Assembly: GCA_032718475.1 (NCBI GenBank)
Contig: JAUCBJ010000251.1
Coordinates: forward strand, 1 to 64,000
DNA length: 64,000 nucleotides
DNA from: Nemertoderma westbladi
Taxonomy: Eukaryota > Animalia > Xenacoelomorpha
Reading direction: 5' to 3'
Below, piece by piece: positions 1 to 13,446 of the stretch (its first letter is position 1; each line of letters begins with the position of its first letter). Under the pieces are notes generated by a model. That model was not told the origin of the DNA. It was given only the letters and a program-made list of their open reading frames with translations, and searched no databases. The translations under genes and the position numbers were made by a program.

Positions 1-397
1 GATAATAGCATGAGAAACAAAATAAAATAATCTGTAGCCGTGTTATGGATATGTGCCAATAATTAATAGTGACTTTAAAATGTTAATAATACTAATAAAC
101 CGTTGATTAATTATTGAGATTTAGATGCAGAACCCTATTATTCTAATATAATTCGATTGTAGAGAACAGATTTTATACTCGCCAGCGCCACTGACTAAAC
201 TGCTACTAGAAGTTTTTTCCAGCTTCGCTTCTAAAAAGGTTAGGCCTATTCATTAAATTTCAAATGTTAAATTAATTTAACAAAAACATAATAATTGGGC
301 ACTAAATATGATGAAAACGAATTAATCTAATATTTCATTGTGTTGGTTAACAATAAGGGGCGTGTATAGTTACTATAGAGTCGTTCAAATAGCTAAC

Positions 398-1111
398 CTG
401 TGTGGCTATACTCCAATAGAACCAACCAACATATGAAGGATGTCTAAACCAGGAATAAATACCGTGGGTCACTAGAATATGTCCTTGCTTCTTGGTACCT
501 TGGACTATATGATCGAAGTTTGAACCAGCTGTGTACATTGCAAACTTCCTAACTAGTTCCCCCAAAACAAGCACGAGGAGGCCGCAATAACGAGGTGCAC
601 GGTAACTTTTAATACCCGGGAAGAAATACAACTCTACAATAAACTCAAGGACACTAGAAGCCATGGCGACATTGTATTCCGGGCTGTGATTTAGGATGAA
701 TGATGACAAGGATAATGATTGCCAGTTAATATTAGCCGTCATTAAATACTCGCTAATATGGAAGAAACTCAGAGCACAAATGTACCAGCCTAAAGGAGAA
801 GCATCAACAGAAGCAACACAGGATACGATGAAACCGCAGGAGAAAATCGCGCCCAAGTTTAATCCACGAACGGCCACGTCGTAATCCGGCGGATGTGAGT
901 AAAACGCGGCGTATAGTAAGGAGTTAGCGAGGAAGGTAAAACTGGCGACGATTGTTAGCAGGGAAGTTGGTTCCGTGGTGAAGAACGGTAGGATTGATAA
1001 GGGAAGTCCAACTAAATAGCAACCGAAGGCCAGTTTGCCGAATTTATGTAATGCCATCATTTGAGCAGTTGAGTCAGTAAGTAGATACCATTTTATCACA
1101 AACTTAGGCAT
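398..1111 (-). CDS. ICMT: Protein-S-isoprenylcysteine O-methyltransferase, first large exon (3' exon lies left of the window)
   Basis: Motifs FFHISEYL, SFILNHS.EY, GELVRKFAM.TAG.NF.H.VQ, HILVT.GIYSWFRHPSYVGWFYWSIATQ. CAG|GTTAGC donor at 398/397, after which similarity is lost. Start may be 1111 or 1060. Confidence 0.93.
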
Positions 1112-2656
1112 AGGCCTACCCTATTTTTGGGTATAATTACTTTGGGGACTGTCCTTTGAGCTTGAACCACTTTTCTGCTTTTATACCGGGTACGCTTATT
1201 TTATGAAACACTTTTTACAATTTTTTTTCATTAACATTTATTTGCATAAATAAGTAACACACATCATAAACCAATTGATTCAGTTCCTGTTCCTTGGAAC
1301 AGTTCCCGAACAGTTCCTGTTTGGGGGCCGGGCCTCCATTTTGAATGTTTTTTAATGTAAATTTAGCAGTTCCCGTGGCAAACCAAATTTGTATTTTTTT
1401 TGTATATTTTTGTATTTTTTGGTCAATTTACCGCTCAGCGCTTCCTAGAGGTAACCACTTTGAAATTTGGTGCGGGGGGGGGGGGGGGGGGAGGAATAGC
1501 TAGGGTTCAACCGGAGCTCCGGCCAGAGTTGGCATGTCCGGCTCCGGTCAAATTAGGTGCAGGAGCTCGACGGCAAAAAGTATTGTGCTGCACGATGCGT
1601 CTGCGAACTGATCAACGTCTACTGCAGTACTGGCAGAATGTACTACTAACGTCAGAACGTAGGCTAAACACTGTAGGGGTACAGGTAGGCCTATTGCTGT
1701 ATTGCTGTGGCATTGTCCTGTTGTCTTGTCGGACTGTCTTCCATGGTACATACTAAAACAGTAAAAGGGTAGAACGATCTATAACGGGCTATAACTTCCT
1801 AAAACAAGCTATAACCACCTATAACGAGCGATAATCTGAAAATTTACAATAAAAAAACGTATTTTAGAATGGATTTATTTTCCTAGTCAGTAATTTAATT
1901 ACGCAATTTGTTTTTTTAGTCCATAATGCTTTCATCTTTGTGGTATCACGAAATCAGTCATTACTGCATTAGTCAGGACATGCAGGATGCCACTACTGCA
2001 TTATCTGACTATCAGAATAAGACAGTGCAGCAGTGGAGAGGTCTCCCATCTCTGGGTCTTCCGGGTCCATCCGGGGTCTAGCTTTGGAGCTACGCGGAGC
2101 CTCCGCGTAGCCTCCGCGTAAATGAAAATAATTATGTTTTGCGTATCTGAAATTTATAAGACGGTAAGCGTAGGTCCATTAGAATAGCAGATATGCAAAT
2201 AAGTGGGAAATTTAAATAAATGAGGCAGCGGACAGATGAGTTACTACAGTACTAGATAAGTCCCTAAAAGGTGCCACCCTGCTCCATAGCGCGGGAAATT
2301 CAAATGATTGAAAGACATGTTATTTGTACTGGAAAGGGTGGCAGACAAGGTGTACTAAATAACAGGTTATGCAGCGAGCTGATTGCTGAAATTAGCGGAG
2401 GCCGATCGTTTCCCTATTTATGACACTATTTTCATAATATTTTCTTAGAAACCCATCTTATGCAACTTTGGTTAGGTGGATATGTTGACTAGGGTTCATA
2501 GATCTGCCACCTATATATTGGCGGTAAATTCAAATCTGTTTTAACATTGAATACATGAATAGAGTAAGACCAATCTGCCAATGTAATTCATTGAATCAGA
2601 ATAAATTATTTATTATGGTTTAACTCACTCATCCGTTAATGTTGTTGATTTATCTA

Positions 2657-2882
2657 TTCTGGGACTTCGAGCACGTGAACAACTAAACCAGCACGCTAAC
2701 TACCGGTAGTCTGGGGCTTCGACTCTTCGAGCACCACGTAAACAACTAAACTGACTGGTTACCTAGTCTGGGACTTCGAGCAGCACGTGAACGACTAAGC
2801 TGCCTGGTTAACAAGTCTGGGACTTCGAGCATCACGTAAACAACTAAGCTGACTGGTTAACTAGTCTGGTACATGTCTGGGA
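2657..2882. repeat. Tandem repeat, about 52-57-bp unit, about 4 copies
   Basis: ctgggacttcgagca(g/t)cacgt(g/a)aac.actaa.ctg.ctggtta recurs. Confidence 0.8.
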
Positions 2883-3130
2883 CAGATATAGCAGTATAGG
2901 CAGAAGCATTATACACCTATTGTTATCACAGTAGACCTACCTGCGAAAGCTGCGATATATTTTACTATCAGTTCCCTGCTATATTGTTATAATTACAATG
3001 TTCTGATGTAATTATAACTGAACTTTGAACTTTTAATTGCAACAAATTATTAACATTAAACATGATGTTAAACAAAGGGGAATTACTGTCGAGGAATAAA
3101 ATAAGATAATAAACTAATAATAATTAAGCA

Positions 3131-3214
3131 AGGTGTTGGTTGGCTAGGTGTTGGTTAGCTAGGTGTTGGTTGGCTAGGTGTTGGTTGGCTGGGTGTTGGT
3201 TGGCTGGGTGTTGG
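3131..3214. repeat. 15-bp tandem repeat (ggtgttggttggcta) x about 5.5
   Basis: Directly visible. Confidence 0.9.
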
Positions 3215-3301
3215 ATAACATTAAATAATAGTAAATTCACAATTTCGTTTCTCGACCCCCATCAACGCATACTTATGCACTGTAAAATACCCTAACGGCT
3301 A

Positions 3302-3334
<33 letters not shown>

Positions 3335-5129
3335 CACCCCTCCTTAATTCAAGGAAAACTAGGCCCTTCAAAATTCAATTTTTTTAATGATTTAATCTAG
3401 AGCAGATTTTTATCAAGATTCCAAATTTGAAAACCGTTTAGCAATTTCTGTCTTACTTCTAAAGATATGGCTGTCTGTCCATTTGACTGTCGGTCTGTCC
3501 GTCAGTATGTCTGTCCGTCAATAAAAAGTATACTGTCTAAAAATTCTCTATATGGGTTTTCGGGGTCGATGACTTCATTTCTGATGTCATTATTCAAATT
3601 TTGCCACGTCGTTTCTGTCTGTATGCATGTCCGTCTGTCCGTCAAAATATAACCGACAGCCTCACTGCCAAACAGACAATTTGGAAGCCATCGAATGTTA
3701 AAACTGACACTCGAAAAGAATTCTGCGACCAGGAAAACCGCTTTAGCAAACGTTTAGCTAGATGGTGTGCCCTTTTATTATATTTGACGGACAGATTGTC
3801 GGATAGTCAGATAGACATACAGACGGATGGTGGGGGATTCCCCCCCCCCCCTTAATATTCGGTTTACAAGTAAGCTAAGATTGACATTTGTAATTAACTT
3901 GAATCCCCGCTGAATTGGGGCCAAGGTATAGTTTCCGCACAAATGCTTTAATGGGACTAACCGGGACGCATATCTGCCTTGGATAGTTAATAGTATGCAA
4001 TCGGTCGGTCAATAAAATTGACCGACTGTGTTAGTCATAATAGGCCGACCGTTTTATCCATCTCAGTATAGATCGGAGTTAGCTCGGTATAGGTCGGTGT
4101 TAGCTCGGTAGGCCAATAGGCCAGTATATTTTGCTTTTTAAGATCGGTATACCTCTGTACTGTATTGCATTGTTATAGCTCAGAATGGGTCGGTATACGT
4201 TTTAGAACGTACTGATTCATCTTTTCTGTACTGGGTACCGGTACCGTACCAGTCTGTTACTGTTAGTCTGTTCTTAAAGAACTTAATTTATATTATTTTC
4301 ATTATGGTATGTTCTGTTTAAGTCAGCATGTCCACTGTATCATTAATTTAAATTTCCCACTGATTTGCATATCAGCTATTGGCTACCTACGCTTACCGTC
4401 TTAAAAATTTCAGATTCGCAAAACATAATTATTTTCACCTACGCGGAGGCTCCGCGTAGGCTCCGCATACGCGTTAAAGCAAGACCCCCCATCTCTCTGT
4501 CAATCCTCCATCCTGTTATCCGCTGTCAGCTTCTGGTCGATATAGAATACAGGAATATAGAGAGCACTATAGGCCAATAAAAAAAACTTACCAGTATCAA
4601 TTAGGCATAGGCAGATCTACCCTAATTTTTACCTGCGGTATTTTTCAGACCACCATGTTAATCCAAAAGTTAAACACACCCGCAAGGGGCGTTTTTTTAA
4701 TGTAAATTATAGATATAGATCGTCTACCTTTTAGTACGTACCGTCTTCCAGCCCTATTGAAATATTTTATTTTCTGTGATGAACGAGGTGCCGGGTGCAA
4801 AAAAAATTTGCACCCGCTCTGTGCAAAACCACACCGGGAGCAAAATGCTGGTCTTGGCGAAAAATCTTACGCCAGCTCTTCAAAGTTGCACCAGGTGACG
4901 GGTATAAAACATAAAATATCAAATCTGCCTGTTACTCTCGGAAATCACAAATTGGAGTCTCAGAATATCGATTCCTATTTATCTTGCTTAATACTGTAAA
5001 TATACTGTGATATTTTATTTGATATTTGATTTACTGTTGTGATATATCGCGTTTATTCACTGCAACTACGATGTTATATTATAATATATGTTCAGCTGCA
5101 CCAACAATGAGTAATTCTTCCGCAGGTGG

Positions 5130-5450
5130 CCGAGACAGGGCGGTGGTGTTGCTCTTTATATTAATTCCTACTTGAATTTCCAAAAAATTAGTCTCCCCAC
5201 TGAAAATGAAACGGAATGCCTAATGGGATCTCTTATCCTCCCAAACACAAAACCTATTTTACTGCTTGTCATTTACAGACCTTCAGACCAGGGATTTCTT
5301 CGAAAGCATTGAGTTATTGATCAGAGACACATCAGAATATAAATAAATTTATATCCTTAGTGATACAAACTCAGATGCATTTAATATCCAAAACCTTCAA
5401 ATTGCCACACTGCGACATAAGCTCAATAACTTTTTTTTAAAACTCAACTG
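5130..5450 (+). pseudogene. Degraded CR1/L2-type LINE, APE endonuclease fragment (left flank of the PLE)
   Basis: Hand translation TECLMGSLILPNTKPILLLVIYRPSDQGF...LYILSDTNSD resembles the APE YRPP and GDFN regions. Confidence 0.6.
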
Positions 5451-5616
5451 GTCTATTATACCAGCTATACCAGTATAGCTATACCAGCTATACAAAACAA
5501 CAATGTTTAAATGGGAAAGAAGTCGAAATGATGCCGTTCGTGGCGTATCCATAATTATAACTTCAGGGATAATGACTGTAGAAAGGGTCTAATGCCACGG
5601 TTAACGAAAACAGTTT

Positions 5617-5662
5617 CTATTTATATGGCCATTTCATCCTCACGGACGTCTTCAGTAAATAA
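5617..5662 (-). ncRNA. Second copy of the hammerhead ribozyme in the inverted 5' pLTR
   Basis: Exact reverse complement of 9071-9116. Confidence 0.85.
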
Positions 5663-5886
5663 ATTAAAATAACATTAAAACACAATTTATAAACCTAAAC
5701 CATAATATTAAATTTAACGTACGGTACAACCAATTATTATGCCACCAAATTCCGATATACACAGTATGACACCACAGCAAACGTTTCAATAATACCCTCC
5801 CTGTAGTTGATAAAATAAACCATACACCAGCCAAGCCCACAATCACCCAGTTCCAAGCAAATAACATAGAAAATGAAACACCACGC

Positions 5887-8331
5887 GTGGCCAGACATAG
5901 ACCACGAGCAATGCTTCCCACAGGCAGACGCTGTCTTTTCCAAACAAATGTAACCCCAACTTCACATACCAATGTAATTAATATTAATACCCAGGGTGCC
6001 AAAGCCACAGCCACAGGGATAACACCAAGCGGTATTTCTTCACCACCCTTACCGCATCACCCGGATGCTACCACAACGCCCCGTAGCAACAACTCCCAAC
6101 CTGCGAAGCAGCCTCTATCAGACACACCTGCATCACGCACACGTGCCAAGACCCGAGACTACTTCGTAACTCAACATCGCCCAACTGCTCTTAACACGAT
6201 CCCAGAGGTTATCGAACCCCCACCTGAACCACCCGACCCACCATATTTTTCGCACGCTCGGTACGTATCCGCTAGGGTTGATGAACCCCAAGTGGAAGCA
6301 CTTATTAGTGATCTGCATCGCGCTATTTACAAAACTAATCCAAACTACATTAACAAACAATATCCACCTAATTTATCAACCCAGCACCAAAAAGCTCTGC
6401 AACAACTGCGCAAGAACAAAAATACTGTATTTCTTAAAGGTGATAAAACAGATAACATCATATTGCTAGATTATGTCGATAAGGAATTCGAAATATCTCG
6501 GATATTAAGCGATACTACCACTTATGAGAAGTTACCCAGAGACCCCACTGCTAAATTCCGCGTAAAATGTAGACAGCTTCTCGACCAGCTTGCAATCACA
6601 AACCCATTCCTACGCCTTTACTTATTCCCCAACACGTTTACCACAGGCTATTTGTTTATAACTCTAAAAGACCACAAACCAAGATCCGAGTGGATTCAAC
6701 ACCCAAACGGCAAACTTATCCCCAAAGGCAGACCTATAATTTCGAATACGGATGCGTTCTTTACTCCCCTATCTAAATTAATGCACCACTACCTGCACCC
6801 ACTTGTTACCACAGCGTCGAACTATTTAAAGAGCTCATTGGACTTAAAAGAAACTTTACCCAGACAAGGATCAACATATCACTACACTTTTGTTACGGTA
6901 GATGTTATCGACATGTTCACAGCCATCCCACACGAACTAGGCATCGAAGCCACTATGCAAGCACTCAGCGAGGACCCTACGTTACCATACCGCTCCAAAT
7001 TCACCGCCGAACAACTTGCAGCAATATTGCGTTTCCTGCTGTTTCACAACTTTTTCCGGTTTTCGGGACACTATTACCTTCAGTTGGCTGGGGCGCCCAT
7101 GGGAGGCAGCCACAGTGGAGATTACGCCATCATAAGTTGTTACAGAGTGCTCAAGAGGGCGATCGCAATCTCGCTACGGGTCCCGTTATACTTTCGAACA
7201 TTAGTGGATGACAGCCTGTGTGTTTACAACGAATGGCTCACTGACACTGATATAAAACAACTAAACTATGCATTCAACTCCGCCTGCTCAGACCTATACA
7301 ATAACAACTCTATACAGTTTACCGTAGACTACTCCAGAAAATCCATAAACTACCTAGATGTTACTATTCAAGCTTCAAACTCAACAAAACTAACAACCAA
7401 AATATATAGGAAACCAATGTCTAATAAACTACCCATCGCATACTCAAGCTTCCACCACAAACCATCCTTGCTAGCCATAGTTCGAGCTGAACTGCTGCGC
7501 ATTCGCCGACTAACGGATTCAACAAATCATTTCAAACAACAAAGGCATTTATATCTCGAAAAGTGTAAACTCAGAGGATACCCCTTGAACTTCCTTTTAA
7601 GTTTGTATGCGTGGGACCCACCCCAATGTTCAACATTCACTGCCGCCGAACACGATCAGGACTTTCCGCATTCACCAAGCCATACCAATCAACAAAACAA
7701 CATAAAACCTCCTACCCAACGTTTCTATCTGTCAACGACACCACAATTTATCCCTACCCTCAGCAAAGTTGTGCGTCGGCATAACAGACGAGTTCAGCAC
7801 CTTGGTGTAACATTACAAACTGTCCCATGAAATGCACCTACTTTGGGAAAGCTTCTAATACGTAAACAGGAACCACAAACAGCCCCAGGTAACCATCCAT
7901 GTTTGCAACCCCGCTGCCTCACCTGCTTGGCAATTACGGATATGAAAGAGACACCATGGGGCGAGCCAATCATCGGGAGGTTTGATTGTAAATCCAGCAA
8001 CATTCTCTATACCATTAAATGTAAAACTCACCCCTATCAATACTACCTCGGTCAAACTGAACAACGTCTGCACAAGAGGCTCAATAAACATCGGGAGAAC
8101 ATCAGCAGCTACAGGAAAGCTCTAGATAAGGCAATAAAGAACAACAAGCCGATATGTACTGTGACAACAACTGACCCGGAGGTGCTATTGCTTCAACATT
8201 TCAGTAGCTGTAATAATTACGAAGTAACATGCGTCCAGCAATTTCGTAACCACCAGCGTCGTATTCATACTGAAGCATTACTCATTAATTGCCACCGCCC
8301 ACCCCTCAATAAACTGGTACCACTTCTATAG
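5887..8331 (+). pseudogene. PLE reverse transcriptase + Cys linker + GIY-YIG endonuclease, one in-frame TGA at 7828-7830
   Basis: KGDK..N, KDHKP, GRPIIS, DVIDMFTAIP, GAPMGG, LVDD, YLDV, YRKP; CLQPRCLTC linker; NILYTIKC...YLGQT...L.KR..KH. ORFs 5887-7830 and 7843-8331 are in the same frame. Confidence 0.92.
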
Positions 8332-9070
8332 AATGAAACTTCGACCCGATGGCTCGCCCCCACCTAACATTTGGATGTAACAAACTCACACCACCTCTAA
8401 TAATTAATTAACTGTGCAGTACACTCTACTTGCTGTAATATACATTGTGTCAGCCAGCTGTAATGTACGTACTATAGCCGAACATATTAGTATTCAATAG
8501 GAAATACCAAAACAAAAACTTTTTTAAAAATTGTAATATGTAATCTTGTAGGGATTCCTTTTATTTAGTAACAGTAATATGTATCCTTTTATCCCCCTCA
8601 ATTTTATGGCTTAGGTATTCTTTCCCTTATTTTAAATATATTTTTTAATGATTTTTTATTTCAGAACCAACATTTTTTTTAGAATTTTTTTTTTACCCTT
8701 TTACCAGCCTCACTTTTATTTGTAAATTTGTAACTCAACGACTTAATATTGGAACCAACAATTTTTAACAATTTTTAATCATTTAATGGTTTTAACGTTA
8801 CCCACCCTTTTTACACCTCTTCATTTAGCACCCTTTTTATTTTTATTTTTAAATTTAATATTGAACGTCTAATACCTTAACAACACTTGTAGCCTACAAT
8901 TATATCTCTAGGCCTACATACAGTATTATGATAAATCTAAATATGTTAATCTAATACATCCTATCATACTGTGTATATCGGAATTTGGTGGCATAATAAT
9001 TGGTTGTACCGTACGTTAAATTTAATATTATGGTTTAGGTTTATAAATTGTGTTTTAATGTTATTTTAAT

Positions 9071-9116
9071 TTATTTACTGAAGACGTCCGTGAGGATGAA
9101 ATGGCCATATAAATAG
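9071..9116 (+). ncRNA. Minimal type I hammerhead ribozyme in the 3' pLTR
   Basis: ttattta-CTGAAGA-c-gtcc(gtga)ggat-GAAA-tggcca-TA-taaatag: core boxes, stem II hairpin, palindromic stem III, stem I pairing. Confidence 0.85.
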
Positions 9117-9176
9117 AAACTGTTTTCGTTAACCGTGGCATTAGAAACCCTTTCTACAGTCATTATCCCTGAAGTT

Positions 9177-9595
9177 AAAACAACAATGTGTTGCCTTCAA
9201 TCCTTGGTGAATCTGACGTCAATAAAACTGCCGAAACACTTTCGAATGAATTAAATAATATATTAAACGACATTGCCCCAATGAAGGAAATTCGAGTAAA
9301 GGCTGCCACTGAACCTTGGATCAACAGCACAATCACAGAATTGATTACAATCGCGAAATATAGCACTTGAAACTTTCCATCACCACAGAAATGCTGAGAA
9401 CCATATCAAGTTCAAAAATCTGAGAAACTGTGTGACATCTAAAATTCGAAATGCGAAAGCTGACTTCTTTAAACAGAAACTGGAAGCAAACAAATCCAAC
9501 CCCAAAGAGCTCTGGAAGACATTAAAATGCATAGGGACACCTTCGAAAAAAGTAAAGAAATCCACTCACATATCAGCCCTAAAAGTTGAATAATT
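9177..9595 (+). pseudogene. Degraded CR1/L2-type LINE ORF2 linker fragment (right flank of the PLE)
   Basis: LNDIAPMKEIRVK...PWINSTI and, in another frame, FKNLRNCVTSKIRNAKADFF...NPKELWKTLK, typical of the region between APE and RT. Confidence 0.75.
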
Positions 9596-10001
9596 CACAA
9601 ATAATTCACAAATCCCGCTATTATAGCGTTTATTATAGCTATTATAGCATTATGTTCCAATACAATAAATTTTAGGCCTATTAACGAATGGCTTGAAACT
9701 GTGTTTCATGTTTTTTTTATGTTTTTTTTTTAATTTTCTAGCTGTCTAGTAGGTCAGTAGGTTGGTATTGGTGATTGGCGCGGTTTCGGACCCGCCACTG
9801 CACTGCTGCACTGGCGCGGTTTAAAGACGCTATCTGGCGCACGTTATGGAAGTATTTCAGTCAGGCTCACCAGTGCTCACAGGCTGTAGCCTGCCTACTG
9901 CTGTACTGCAGTACTACAGTACAGTACTATAGATAGGCCAGTAGGCTTTATTATATACCGGTACGGTCATTCGCATTCATTTCATTTGTCAAATTGCTAA
10001 A

Positions 10002-10154
10002 ATGACTTCGACTTCAACACCTACTTCCAATACGTCACAACTGTTGCCACTAGAACTAGTTGATAAATGTATTGGATCGAGAATCCACATCATAATGAAG
10101 TCGGACAAGGAATTTGTAGGAACGTTACTGGGATTTGACGATTACGTTAATATG
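10002..10154 (+). CDS. LSM5: U6 snRNA-associated Sm-like protein LSm5, exon 1
   Basis: [51 protein letters not shown] followed by a GTAAGT donor (phase 0). Not in the ORF track. Confidence 0.96.
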
Positions 10155-10237
10155 GTAAGTCTGTAGGTAAGTAAGTAGTACTGTAGTAGGCCTCGCTCCT
10201 GCAGCCGTACTCGCTCGGTACTGCTGTCTGGTAGACA

Positions 10238-11296
10238 GTGTTCGCGCTTTCAGACCTTTGGCAGTTTAACCCACCAAATTAAGATGTCTTCTAGATATTA
10301 AATCAGTTTTTAGTCTATGACAAGTATTTGATTCACTACACTAGTCGAAACCAATCCGTGCGCGACCATTCACCCGCTGGAGATTCCCGGGAGATTGGGT
10401 TCGACGGTTTAATTTTATTGCTATGTAAGCCTAATGTATTATTCGACTGACAGTATTATATAATCTCTGACAATATTATTCACCTTCGGGAATATTAACA
10501 GTTCCTTTAGGACGTGGCGCTTTATCTATATAAACACGTGGCGCTTTATCTATATAAACAGAGTTATGACTTAAACTACTCACAACGATATGGCTTAATT
10601 ATAATTCACATATATGGCGCATTCTTTAGGAATTGCTTCTTTAACAGACTCACTCATACACAATGCTGCACAATACTGCACACTAATCTGCCAATCTTCA
10701 CTGATTTTAGTCACATATAAAAGGAACACAGGCTGACTCATGTAGGGTCTATCAAATAACATTGGATTCACTTCAAACCACTTTAACATAAGTCACAATC
10801 GTTATTGGTAACCTTTCTCTCTTACCTTCGGTATATCAAGAATATTGGGTTTCGGGGTTATTTATCGTTATTCCAAATATAATAATTCATCAACCATATT
10901 ATGAAGAACTGACGTAAATAGCAGTATAAAACAACAATGAAAACACTGATTGTTATGAGTTTGCAATGTTTCAGCAGTCAGCATGTATGATCAGTTAGCA
11001 GTGATTCCATGAGTCAGGTAGTTAAAGGATATATGTCCTTGTAATTAAACCTACTAGTGTAAGACTAAAAACAGTAAAGCACAAAATACTTCCAAGCCGT
11101 TCTTTCTTTGGCTCAGGACTGAATGTAAACACTGCACATAGGCATTGCGTCATTTCTCGGAAATTTTCTGTACAAGGAGCCACAAAAACGCTCTAATTGG
11201 CTGACTGAACTGAGAGACGCCGTAGAACAAAGGAAATCAACACGTATGAATGTCAGCTGTTAACCGTAGTCATAGTAACTACTGTTCAAGAGTAGC
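10238..11296 (+). mobile_element. About 1-kb dispersed non-coding repeat in the LSM5 intron, copy A
   Basis: Collinear inverted match to about 21343-22355 (gtgttcgcgcttt, gcgcgaccattcaccc, ttaacagttcctttaggacgtggcgcttta, ctctaattggctga). Confidence 0.75.
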
Positions 11297-11759
11297 TATC
11301 ACCCCTTTGCGTCACGAATTGCCATAGAATCATAAAATATGCCTTTCACAGTACACATACGGAGGAAATAGGTCTTAGATCCTCTAAAAACACCGATACA
11401 GCAATAATACGGTCTCTTACACTTATTAAATCAACTACAGAGTATTTTAATGTAAAAGATAATAAAAATAACGGGGCAATTCAGCAAAGGCTTTTACAGA
11501 CAGTAAACTTGGTAGAGGGCTCCCTCCTGCTCCTGCCTGCCTATACATACAGCTACAGAGCTATACTTATACCTGCAGACCTGTATACAGCTATGCTGGC
11601 TGGCTATCCACTAGCTCCAGGCTATTAGCAGTCAGCCAGCTTCAGTCATCATTTATAAGTATTGATTTAATTATGAAAGTGTATTGCAATTTCTTATTTG
11701 TTTGATTGGAGAAATAAATATAATGATAATGAATGATATGCTATAAGTCTACAGTTTGC

Positions 11760-12119
11760 TGTCGATATTTTTCAACACTCGATATTTTTACCCTCGATAT
11801 TTTTACTTTCCATATTTTTCAACACTCGGTATTTTTACTCTCGATATTTTTCAACACTCGATATTTTTACTCTCGATATTTTTCAACACTCGATATTTTT
11901 ACTCTCGATATTTTTATTCTCGATATTTTTTAACACTCGATATTTTTACTCTCGATATTTTTCAACACTCTATATTTTCACTCTCGATATTTTTACTCTC
12001 GATGTTTTTTGAACTTGCGATATTATGTTATTATCGTTAGTTTTCAACACTCGATATTTTTACTCGCATTATTTTTACTCTCGATATTTTTCATGTCTCG
12101 ATATTTTTCAATATAACCG
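11760..12119. repeat. Array of 15-18-bp ctcgatattttt(act/tcaaca) units, probably one arm of a foldback/MULE-type element
   Basis: Directly visible; ends in aatataaccg. Confidence 0.8.
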
Positions 12120-12262
12120 TGAACAGGCATTCTTTCAATGGCTAAATCATGAGGCTAACGACAAAACGTTATTGGTTTTACTTTATTCAGATATATTAGA
12201 TTATTGTCCAAATGTCAACAGTACGGTGCCAGGTTGGAATTTATGTAGAGTTTGCTCAACAT

Positions 12263-12378
12263 GTGTGGCGCGCATTTAGGATCCTGGCGCGAAGGAACAG
12301 GGGCGTGTGGCGCGCATTTAGGATCCTGGCGCGAAGGAACAGGGGCGTGTGGCGCGCATTGAGGATCCTTGGCGCGGA
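12263..12378. repeat. 42-bp tandem repeat x about 2.7
   Basis: gtgtggcgcgcatttaggatcctggcgcgaaggaacaggggc. Confidence 0.9.
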
Positions 12379-13446
12379 AATGGCTGAATGGATGTCATGC
12401 TGTCATGTACAGTATCAAAATGCACTGGCTGACTGGCAACATATAACTGTATAAAGCCACTCTACTTCTGTACTTGAAATTCTACCAGTCAGCCAATAGA
12501 GCCTATTTATAAAAAGAGTTAGGCTTAGCCTTAAAAATTTTCGCTCGCTTCGCCCTTCATTTGTGTATTATGCCTACTGTATTACGCCCTACTCTTATTG
12601 ACTTATTCACCATTCAAATAACAGAATAACTGTAATACGTAATAATAGGGATAGGGCCTATTTGATTACAGTGATATTTTATCACCCACATTATGGACAA
12701 ACCGACAGATTGAGCATTGAAGGTACCATATCCAATCCACTTTAATCATCATGGCCAATATCAGGCCAAAGTTTTAATGTGTTTAATAATCAAAGTTTAA
12801 TAATGAATTGATTGAAAGGTTTTTCAATTCTTCACACCAATCTGCCAATACTGCAATATAGCCTAAAACAACGATTCAGCAGATTTTCCGTGCTCGCTAC
12901 ACTCCGATTTAATTCATAATCACATCTGTAGGTAAAAAACAGTCGCTTGACCTACCAAAAATGTTAAAATTTTCTTGCTCGCAATTTCAATTTAATCACA
13001 TCTGTATTTGAAAACAGTCGGCTGACCTACTATCTGAATATTACAGTATTACTGTATTAATCTTAACATTTCTGCAAAATTTTCTTGCTCGCTACGCTCG
13101 CATTTCCATGTTAAAATACTGTGTAGGAGTAGGTCTAGGTACTGCAGTATAAACTGGTAAATGATTACAATAATTGCAAAATGTAATGGTCAAGTCAACC
13201 TGTCAATGGTTGGCGTGCATTGAATGTCATGCAGTCATGGCTGGCGCGGTTTTCGTTTAACCAGTACCCGTGTGGCGCGCTTTTTGTCAATATTCCATAT
13301 AGGGTACGGTGTACGGTGTGTTTGATATATTCGTTATTATTATTATATATGTTTATTGTTTATGTGTCCTCTTCCTTCTAGAGTTATAATATTAATTTGT
13401 ATTTGTATGTATTTACGAGTATTTGCACCGGCACCTTTTTTTTTAG

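Larger units (their letters stand above)
2054..4487. mobile_element. Non-autonomous Mutator (MULE)-like DNA transposon with nested repeats
   Basis: Imperfect inverted termini of about 110 bp (gggtctt...ctacgcggagcctccgcgta...aagacggtaagcgtagg, reverse complement at about 4385-4487); 9-bp direct repeat CCCATCTCT at 2045-2053 and 4488-4496. Confidence 0.7.
5507..9176 (+). mobile_element. Penelope-like retroelement (Neptune-type), inverted pLTR configuration
   Basis: RT plus GIY-YIG ORF; about 212-bp inverted repeats at 5558-5769 and 8964-9177; 13-bp TSD AAAACAACAATGT at 5494-5506 and 9177-9189. Confidence 0.93.

Noticed and set aside
7828-7830. Programmed readthrough or selenocysteine at the PLE in-frame TGA
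   Set aside because: The position normally holds a basic residue; CGA>TGA decay is simpler and no SECIS was seen.
9770-9850. tggcgcgg motifs as E2F sites in the LSM5 promoter
   Set aside because: The same motif is abundant in TE-like repeats at 12263-13280, so it cannot be distinguished from a TE remnant.
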